From NCBI GenBank assembly GCA_964016885.1, contig CAXHJY010000900.1:1-15956 (forward strand): a DNA stretch of 15,956 nucleotides, in the 5' to 3' direction. The notes under the pieces were generated by a model. The model was given only the letters and a program-made list of their open reading frames with translations. It was not told where the DNA came from and made no database searches. This stretch comes from Eledone cirrhosa. Lineage: Eukaryota. A program made the position numbers and the translations under genes. How positions within the stretch are numbered: position 1 is the stretch's first letter; each line of letters opens with the position of its first letter. This document shows, piece by piece, positions 8,713 to 15,956 of this stretch.

Positions 8713-9486
8713 CATACATATAAGACGAAGAAAATTAAATGTGAACATTTTATAAAGAAGTCAAACAAGATTTAAAAAAAAAAGCAAAACAAAAACAAGT
8801 TAACCAAAAATATAATATACACACTAATACAGAGACCCGCTCCGTTAATCTAATATAATATATTCTACACAATTGTAGTGTAAAAATTACCAATAGTAGA
8901 GTGGTATCAGGTAATCAGGGAAGACAACTCATGTCAGACTAATGCTGCGAACGTATTTGGCTTGCTTCAAAGTGTTCAGTTAAGCCATTATGATGTGATG
9001 TGCGGCCGATTGACTCACTTGGTGAATTGATGGTCGTTTGGCTTTTTGCTTCCTCCCCTTTTTTCTTCTTTTTTCTCTCTCTTTTATGCGTTTATATTCG
9101 TGTTTATCAACGACATTATATTTATAATGTTTTTCTGAACGAATTGTGAACAATCTGTAATGTTATTTACGTATATATTTAAAACATATTGGTAATGTTA
9201 TTTATACAACTGTGAATAATAATAACTGATTAACAAATATATAGCCTGAGATCGATAAATATGTAAAAAAAAAAAAAAAGAAAGAAAGAATTATTACCTT
9301 CCTTTAAAAAAAAAATAAAAAACGACTACCGTAAGCTGGGTACAGGTCTAGTACGAAAGAAGAGACAAAATTATAAACTTAAAAGCGGCTGATCTAAGGG
9401 AGATAAGTCAGAAGACTTTAGTAAGTTTAGTAATCTTTTGTGTGATTTATAAACGATAGACTATAATATGTTTATTGTTTACTGAG

Positions 9487-9487
9487 A

Positions 9488-9586
<99 letters not shown>
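9487..9586. repeat. Compound (CA)n(TA)n(TG)n microsatellite
   Basis: Direct reading; similar compound tracts at about 1284-1348, 3985-4100, 6040-6146, 8665-8720, 9790-9885 and 15030-15260. Confidence 0.95.
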
Positions 9587-9785
9587 ATAATACGGGATAA
9601 CAAGTTATCATTAATCCAGTTAGAGGTTCTGCGTACTCTTCGTCGTGGATAGTTTTAATGTTACGGCTTTGTTTAACTCAACAAAGTGTTGTGGTGTCGT
9701 TCATGTCTTTCTTAATGTTATTGCTCCTACTTAAGGTCGACTTCTAAATCATTTGGATATTCCATAAACTACATCCTCATTTTGT

Positions 9786-9867
<82 letters not shown>

Positions 9868-9971
9868 TTATATCTATCTATATATGTTTATCCCAGGTTC
9901 AATCGGAGGTAACCACAGTAAGTAAGATACGCAATACATAGCAGAGTATAAATATTTAATATAGAAATGGA

Positions 9972-10016
9972 TTCTACAGGAATAGAACTGTTTCATTCGG
10001 GAGAAATCATCAGGAA
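9972..10016 (-). ncRNA. Candidate minimal type I hammerhead ribozyme (Penelope-like element type)
   Basis: Minus strand TTC-CTGATGA-TTTCTCCCGAAT-GAAA-CAG-TTCTATTC-CTG-TA-GAA: full catalytic core, stem I TTC/GAA, stem II TTC/GAA with a U-U first pair, stem III ACAG/CTGT, GUA cleavage triplet. Confidence 0.6.
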
Positions 10017-10138
10017 GTGTATGTATATATATATATATATATATATACACACCACCTTTACCACTAATTGATTTGACAGATGTCTTTAACCCATCGATAC
10101 CAAATATTATTTGGTCAGTAGTTTGTGTGTAAGTATAT

Positions 10139-10554
10139 GGAATCGTGCTTGTTTATGGCTCTATCACTTGGATGCTAACGTCAAAACTGGAGAAAAAGCT
10201 AGACGGGGCATACACACGTATGCTCCGTGCTGCTTTAAATGTATCTTGGAGGAAACACCCAACAAATAAGGATCTCTATGGCAATATACCACCTATCAGC
10301 AAGTCAATACGTAAACAGACTCAGATTTGCTGGCCACTGTTGGCACAGCAAGGAAGAAATAGCAGGCGATGTGTTGTTATGGAGTCCATCTCATGGAGCA
10401 AGAAACGCTGGTCGTCCCAAGAAGACATGCGTCAAGCAACTTGAGGACGATACTGAATGCATTGCGGAAGAACTGGCAAACGCTATGAGAGATGGAGATG
10501 GATGGAGGAAACGTGTTGTAGAAGACCGAGCAAGCTCGACCTGATGATGATGAT
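10139..10554 (+). mobile_element. RTE-like LINE 3' fragment, 5'-truncated, one frameshift, (TGA)n tail
   Basis: VLVYGSITWMLTSKLEKKLDGAYTRMLRAALNVSWRKHPTNKDLYG, frameshift near 10315, then RLRFAGHCWHSKEEIAGDVLLWSPSHGARNAGRPKKT...AMRDGDGWRKRV; stop 10542-10544 begins a TGA repeat. Confidence 0.88.
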
Positions 10555-10697
10555 ATATATGTATATAGTATATATATATATATATATATATATGCTTGTG
10601 TGTCTGTGTCTATATATGTATGTTTGCATGCATGAATGAATACACTAAGTTTTAGATTTAGTAGAATGTACAACCACTGATTCTAACTATTTGCAGC

Positions 10698-10860
10698 ATT
10701 TCACATTTGATTGGGGCTTATTACCAGCTTTGGAGGAGGGGGAGTCTATATTTCACATTTGACTGGGGGCTTATTACCAGCTTTGACAGAGTCTATATTT
10801 CACATTTAGCCATGGTTTATTACCTGCTTTGAGAGGGGTCCCTCTGTTTTTACATCTGAC
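10698..10860. repeat. Degenerate ~50-bp tandem repeat, 3-4 units
   Basis: ATTTCACATTT...TTATTACC(A/T)GCTTTG at 10698, 10750, 10797 plus a partial unit. Confidence 0.8.
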
Positions 10861-10957
10861 CTGAACCAAATTATCAATGTTATGTGGGTCTACTTGTGTG
10901 TAACACCTGTGTATTTCTGTCAGTTTCATTCATCTTTGTTTCTCATCCATGATAAAG

Positions 10958-11104
10958 GTGTGTAATGAACCGATACATTGCCTTAAAGTTCAGGAACATG
11001 GAAGTCTGGTGGCTTGTGGTTCCAATGATGGCAATACGACATTGTTGGAACTGTCAAACAGATTTTACACAATGCAGAAAAATGAGAAGAATATCATCAC
11101 CGAA
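10958..11104 (+). CDS. DNAI2: DNAI2 exon (147 nt, phase 0-0)
   Basis: AAG acceptor after a pyrimidine tract, GTAAGT donor; VCNEPIHCLKVQEHGSLVACGSNDGNTTLLELSNRFYTMQKNEKNIITE. Confidence 0.94.
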
Positions 11105-11121
11105 GTAAGTGCTTATGACTA

Positions 11122-11270
11122 TTATCATCATCATCAATGTCACCGTTTTACATCCATTTCTCCATGCTAGCATGGGTTAGACGAGTTGTCCTGTTGTAGG
11201 CAATGCTAGGTCAGGTGACCATGTCTTGCTCATACAGAACTGATTTTGGCTTGGTTTCTAATGTACTGGG
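11122..11270 (-). mobile_element. Probable retroposon 3' tail fragment (RTE-type (GAT)n end)
   Basis: (CAT)n followed by TCCATGCTAGCATGGGTTAGACG, resembling a common invertebrate SINE/LINE 3' terminus (from recall). Confidence 0.4.
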
Positions 11271-11336
11271 GCCGATTTAATTCACTTTTCCCTCCCCTAA
11301 AATTGTTGGCCTTGTGCTTAAATCAGATACCAATAC

Positions 11337-11572
11337 ATAACCCTTTATCCTTTAGCATTTACATTACTCTATATTTATTATTGTATTTTCACAGTAAAGG
11401 CTTTACCTCACATAATTATCTCACATAATATTGAATCTACAAGATTTTGATATTATTTATTTTGAAAACAATACCTTAACATAAGTATGAGAGGCTGCTT
11501 ACAGCCAGTTTGAACAGAAAGAGGTGAGAGAATCCTGGCCAGATATGGCCAGTTTAAACGCTAAAGGATTAA
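11337..11572 (+). mobile_element. TTAA/piggyBac-type MITE, full copy 3
   Basis: ATAA-CCCTTTATCCTTTAGCATTTA ... TAAACGCTAAAGGA-TTAA; small internal duplications (CCTTTA; CTCACATAAT); reverse complement of 4930-5145. Confidence 0.75.
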
Positions 11573-11612
11573 ACAAATTTGTCTCTGTATCCCCTTTCTT
11601 GTCTGTTGGCAG

Positions 11613-11702
11613 ATTTTTGAACGAGAAACAAAACGAGAGAAGGTCTTAGAAACACGACTCAGGGAGCTGAAACTTCGAGCAAAGAGTTTTGGGACAAAAT
11701 CT
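11613..11702 (+). CDS. DNAI2: DNAI2 exon (90 nt, phase 0-0), coiled-coil start
   Basis: ggcAG / GTGAGT; IFERETKREKVLETRLRELKLRAKSFGTKS, conserved FERET.REK.LE.R.RE..L. Not in the ORF track. Confidence 0.94.
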
Positions 11703-11728
11703 GTGAGTATTATTTTACTATATAGGTG

Positions 11729-12032
11729 TAGAACTTCAGATAGAATGGCAGAGTGGTTAGAACTTCAGATAGAATGGCAGAGTGGTTAGAACTTCAGATA
11801 GAATGGCAGAGTGGTTAGAACTTCAGATAGAATGGCAGAGTTGTTAGAACGTCAGATAGAATGGCAGAGTGGTTAGAACGTCAGATAGAATGGTAGAGTG
11901 GCGAGAACGTCAGATAGAATGGTAGAGTGGTTAGAACGTCAGATAGAATGGTCGAGTGGTTAGAACGTCAGATAGAATAGTAGAATGGTTAGAACGTCAG
12001 ATAGAATGGTAGAGTGGTTAGAATGTCAGATA
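11729..12032. repeat. 29-bp minisatellite, about 10.5 units, tRNA A-box-like
   Basis: Unit TAGAAC(T/G)TCAGATAGAATGG(C/T)AGAGTGGT; GAAC anchors at 11731 + 29n up to 12021. Confidence 0.95.
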
Positions 12033-12224
12033 AGAGAGGAGATGGGCCCTGCCAGCTTTAAAAAATTCCCCAGAAATGCTGTGTGTGTATGCAGGCCCTC
12101 TACAACTCCCTCAGGAGTTACAGGATATTACTTTCATTATTTTACTCTTGTACAATACTATATAGGTGTATAAATTGATGGTGTCTGAGTAATAGTGATA
12201 TTTTACTCGAATATAATACCGTGT

Positions 12225-12471
12225 GTGTGTGACAGCTCACACCTCTGCAGGTTTAGCTGGTCTCCTCCAAGGTATATCTCGCTGGAGGTGTCTTGGTTAA
12301 TTTAATGATAGGGACCCCAGTCCTATCATCTCATTTCTACAGCTGAGTAAACTGGAGCAACGTGAAATAAAGTGTCTTGCTCAAGGAATAACACATCACC
12401 CGGTCCGAGAATTGAACTCACAACCTTTTGATTGCAAGCCCAATGCTCTAACCACTAAGCCATGCACCTTC
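12225..12471 (-). mobile_element. tRNA-derived CORE-like SINE, family B, with probable TSD
   Basis: Minus strand A-box TGGCTTAGTGG, B-box GAGTTCAATTC, CORE-like CCTTGAGCAAGACACTT, (AC)n tail; flanking ATAATACC(G/C)TGT at 12213-12224 and 12472-12483. Confidence 0.75.
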
Positions 12472-12677
12472 ATAATACCCTGTAGGTTTTTTTGTTATGG
12501 TGTCTGAGTATTAGTACTATATGACTCCAGTACAATACTCAGTAGGTTTATAAGTTAATGGTGGCTGAGTTCAAACATGATCAAATTTTTCTGTTGGTTA
12601 TACATTACATCCTGGTGGGCACCTCCCAGGCCAAGCTACAGAAGTAAACACTACTGATACTTATTGGACTTCAGTGA

Positions 12678-12882
12678 GGAGACAGAGAGAGAGGGGGGGA
12701 CTGCGACAGATGAAGAGAGAGAGGGGACTGTGACAGATGAAGAGAGAGAGAGAGGGGACTGTGACAGATGAAGAGAGAGAGAGAGGGGGGAAGAGAGAGT
12801 GACAGAGAAAGAGAAACAGTGACAGAACAAAAAGAGATATATAGAGAGAGTGATAATGAGGGACAGAGAAAGAAAGAGAGAA
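12678..12882. repeat. GA-rich repeat with ~30-bp units
   Basis: (GA)n-GGGGACTG(C/T)GACAGATGAA three times, decaying into GA-rich sequence. Confidence 0.85.
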
Positions 12883-12987
12883 CACACTTATACTGACTTC
12901 AGATTTCCAGGGTAATCTTATGAATTTATCACCATCACACTCCATTTCCTTTCTTTAAAAAAAGGGGTCATAACCCTAAAAAATAAT

Positions 12988-13211
12988 TCTTTCTACTTTT
13001 GGAACAAGGCCAGTAATTATCTCAGTGTATTACTGGTACTTTATTTCATCGACCCCGTAAGGATGAAAGGCAAAGTTAACCTCAGCGGGATTTGAACTCA
13101 GACCATAAAGGGACGTAACTCTTCGCTGCAAAGCATGGCATCCGACCCTCTACCGATACTGCCAATCCACTGCCCTTGCCAATCAAGCGTCCTTTGCCAA
13201 TCCATCGCCCT
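12988..13211 (-). mobile_element. tRNA-derived SINE, family A, copy 3, full length with 17-bp TSD
   Basis: Reverse complement of 2055-2240; TSD TAACCCTAAAA(A/G)ATAAT at 12971-12987 and 13212-13228. Confidence 0.85.
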
Positions 13212-13400
13212 TAACCCTAAAAGATAATGGCATATAAAGTTTTTAAAATGTGTTTACAATTGCTTTGTTTTATTTGTCTTACTTTATGGTAATCTTCTTG
13301 TATCAGCTTTTGCCAAACAATCCTAGCCACATTTGTCTTTTTATCTTCTTTCTTTCTCTTTGCATCTCTGTATGTTTCTAATATCCTTCCTTAACTGAAG

Positions 13401-13540
13401 CGTGGTGATGAAGAAACGAAGTCACTGGTTGATGTTAGTAAAAAGGTTAAAGATGCCAACTTAGAGTTCTGGGATGGTATTCAAAAAGAAAAGAAGGCGG
13501 TGGCATCTTTATTGAAGGTAACGAAACCTGAAGTGGCAAA
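13401..13540 (+). CDS. DNAI2: DNAI2 exon (140 nt, phase 0-2)
   Basis: Long pyrimidine tract, AAG acceptor, GTAAGT donor; RGDEETKSLVDVSKKVKDANLEFWDGIQKEKKAVASLLKVTKPEVAK, with the A..EF(F/W)..I..E C-terminal motif. Not in the ORF track. Confidence 0.82.
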
Positions 13541-13729
13541 GTAAGTATCTTAAACATCCCAACTTATTTGTTTAATCTATATTTTGTGACGGAGACTTCA
13601 GGGCCATGAATCACATGTGACCCAAACGGCTTACATCTTCCTGATTACATAATAAATAAAAATGTAGCAAAACATCTCACTGAACAATAAATTCTTACAT
13701 ATACAGAACACCAAAGTACTAGATGCGTT

Positions 13730-13731
13730 TA

Positions 13732-13796
<65 letters not shown>

Positions 13797-13810
13797 CCCT
13801 CTCTCTCTCT
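13730..13810. repeat. (CT)n microsatellite
   Basis: Direct reading. Confidence 0.95.
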
Positions 13811-13854
13811 GTATGATAAATCCTTACATGTGTTCCGCCATCTTTTTGTTAAAG

Positions 13855-13896
13855 GTCTGATCCTGGTTCAGAAGATAGATCTGCTACTAATGAAAT
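13855..13896 (+). CDS. DNAI2: DNAI2 probable small exon (42 nt, phase 2-2)
   Basis: tttttgttaaAG / GTAAGT; in frame SDPGSEDRSATNEM. Supported by splice signals and phase only, no conserved motif. Confidence 0.62.
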
Positions 13897-13974
13897 GTAA
13901 GTTACCAGTTGTGTTGTTGTTATCATTGTACTTACCATGGTTACAGTTGTGTGACTGAGATAGTAGTTAGTAAC

Positions 13975-14330
13975 CCACCAACGGCAACGCCACCCACCAT
14001 CGCAAACCATCATTATCGCCGCCATCATCATCAACACCACCATCAAAATCACCACCAACACAGCCACCATAATCACCAACACCACCAGCATCACCACCAA
14101 CACCAACACCAACATCACTACTATCATCATCACCACCATCATCATCAACACCACAAACAAAAACCACCATCACCAACACCAACACCACCATCATCAACAC
14201 CATCATCATCAACACCACATCACTACCATCATCATCAACATCACAAACAAAAACCACCACCAACACAGCCACCATCATCATCAACACCAACACCACCACC
14301 ATCACCACCAACCACCCAACCACACCTCCA
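13975..14330. repeat. (CAC/CAT)n low-complexity tract
   Basis: Direct reading; gives spurious His/Val/Met-rich ORFs. Confidence 0.9.
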
Positions 14331-14336
14331 TGACCA

Positions 14337-14808
14337 GTATATGGTATTTTTATATGTATCTTTATATATATTTTTATATATATTTTATATATATTAGATA
14401 TATATATATATTATATATATTTTTATATGTATTTTATTATATGTATTTCATATATATTTATATATATATTATATGTATTTCATATATATTATATGTATTT
14501 CATATATATAATATATATGAAATACATATAATTTATATGCATTTAATATATTTTTTATATGCATTTTATATATATTTTTATGTTTTTATATATATTTTTA
14601 TATATAGTTTATATGTATTTTATATGTATTTTATATGTATTTTATATATGTCCTTTATATATATTTTATATATAGTTTATATGTATTTTTACATGTATTT
14701 TTATATTATTTTTTTATGTATTTTATATATGTTTTTATATATATTTTATATATAGTTTATATGTATTTTATATGTATTTTATATGTATTTTATATGTATT
14801 TTTATATG
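14337..14808. repeat. AT-rich low-complexity tract with ATGTATTTTAT 11-mers
   Basis: Direct reading. Confidence 0.9.
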
Positions 14809-15029
14809 TGTCAACAAACACAACTGAAATATCCCCTCTACTCTTTTGTCATTGATGTAGTTATAGGAGCTATTTACATGTTGTATTAACACTGGAAAGC
14901 GTGTAGCAATATATGATATCTCTACAGTGTGGTTTATGATGTATTTAAGTGTGTGTTTGGTGGTTACGCATGTAGGAAGTGCGTAGGTTGGTATTGTGGT
15001 GTTGTTGTTGTTCAACATGTCCTTTGTAC

Positions 15030-15067
<38 letters not shown>

Positions 15068-15430
15068 ATATGTATGTGTAGATATATATATATGTATGCG
15101 TGTGTATATGTAAGTGTATATATATATATATATATATATATATTACTATATATATATATATATATATTACTTATATATATATATATATATATATTACTAT
15201 ATATATATATACATATATATACATACACCACACACATATATATACATATATATATATATAGTGATAAAACAGTAGTTAGACATACAATACAATGACAAGA
15301 TCTGTGTACTTAAGAGCTGATTGCAAACATAGCTTGTAGGTCGTCCCATGTCTAGGCTACTAGTTTTTAAGCTATACTATGTTTTATTGCTTTTAAAGGC
15401 AACAACTTTTTTTTTTTTACATTTTTGCAG

Positions 15431-15449
15431 GAGTGGTCAACAGCCATAG
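15431..15449 (+). CDS. DNAI2: DNAI2 probable terminal coding exon (SGQQP*), followed by 3' UTR
   Basis: Strong acceptor (T run, tttttgcAG at 15430); phase 2 join gives (M)SGQQP-TAG. Possible poly(A) signal ATTAAA at 15738-15743. Confidence 0.62.
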
Positions 15450-15956
15450 AAGTGCTCCAACAATATTTTCTTCTTCTGCTTCTTCTTCTTCTGCTTCATC
15501 ACACTGAAAAACTGTTCCACGATCAGCATCATATTGTATTGCGTGTTTTACTGTATTTATATTTATATATTTTTTATATATTCAACGACATTCTTTAAAG
15601 CCGACAAGATGTGATATATATATATATATATATACTAATGGAGTCTTGTTTTAAACTGAACATCTGTATACACTGTTGGATGGTTGACATGACAGATTCT
15701 AGAGACAAATTTCTATATGTATATATATATATTTTAAATTAAATATAACCTCTGCATATACATATATATATATTTGAAACACGTAGATGTACATATACGT
15801 GTATGGATATGTATGTATATGTGTGTGTTTGTGTGTGTGTGTGGTCTGTCTATATATGTGTATGTGTAAATGTATGTATGCATATATCTATCTATCTATC
15901 TACCTACCTACCTATCTGTTTGTGTGTCACTCTCATCTCTCTCTCTCCTCTCTCTA

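Noticed and set aside
8820-9480. Possible intronic snoRNA or hidden exon
   Set aside because: No paired C/D or H/ACA boxes with terminal stems seen, and the DNAI2 protein is continuous across this intron.
9588-9790. Third microsatellite-flanked island as another Penelope/hammerhead element
   Set aside because: Has a 7-bp hairpin (CTTTGTT/AACAAAG) and a minus-strand GAAA but no recognisable core; left unassigned.
5336-12032. Regular arrays as possible CRISPR loci
   Set aside because: Units are head-to-tail with no unique spacers, there are no cas genes, and the context is a spliced eukaryotic gene.
12395-12471. tRNA gene
   Set aside because: A and B boxes are present, but there is no acceptor stem and it continues into a CORE-like SINE body.
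12971-12978. TAACCCTA as telomeric repeat
   Set aside because: Single unit only; it appears twice because it is part of the SINE target-site duplication.
13849-15295. His-rich, Val/Met-rich and Tyr/Ile-rich ORFs
   Set aside because: Low-complexity CAC/CAT and TA tracts in the last intron.

Overview
Eukaryotic, AT-rich, repeat-dense genomic DNA. The SINE/MITE/microsatellite complement resembles what I recall from octopus (cephalopod) genomes; this is an inference. The window holds the last 13 coding exons of a + strand axonemal outer-arm dynein intermediate chain gene (DNAI2 / sea urchin IC3 / Chlamydomonas IC2-IC69 type, WD40). The exons splice with GT-AG sites and consistent phases into 1599 nt (532 aa + stop at 15447-15449); the N-terminal exon(s) lie upstream of the window. 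The introns contain RTE, CR1/L2 and CRE-like (restriction-like endonuclease) LINE fragments, tRNA-derived SINEs, a TTAA/piggyBac-type MITE, and many young minisatellites, several visibly amplified from short pieces of those transposons. The most unusual signals are a minimal hammerhead ribozyme motif (9972-10016, - strand) in a short element between (TA)n tracts, a degenerate sibling motif (8549-8605) sharing a downstream 12-mer, and minisatellites whose birth mechanism (microhomology or inverted repeat) is readable in the sequence. Most ORFs in the supplied track are artefacts of repeats.
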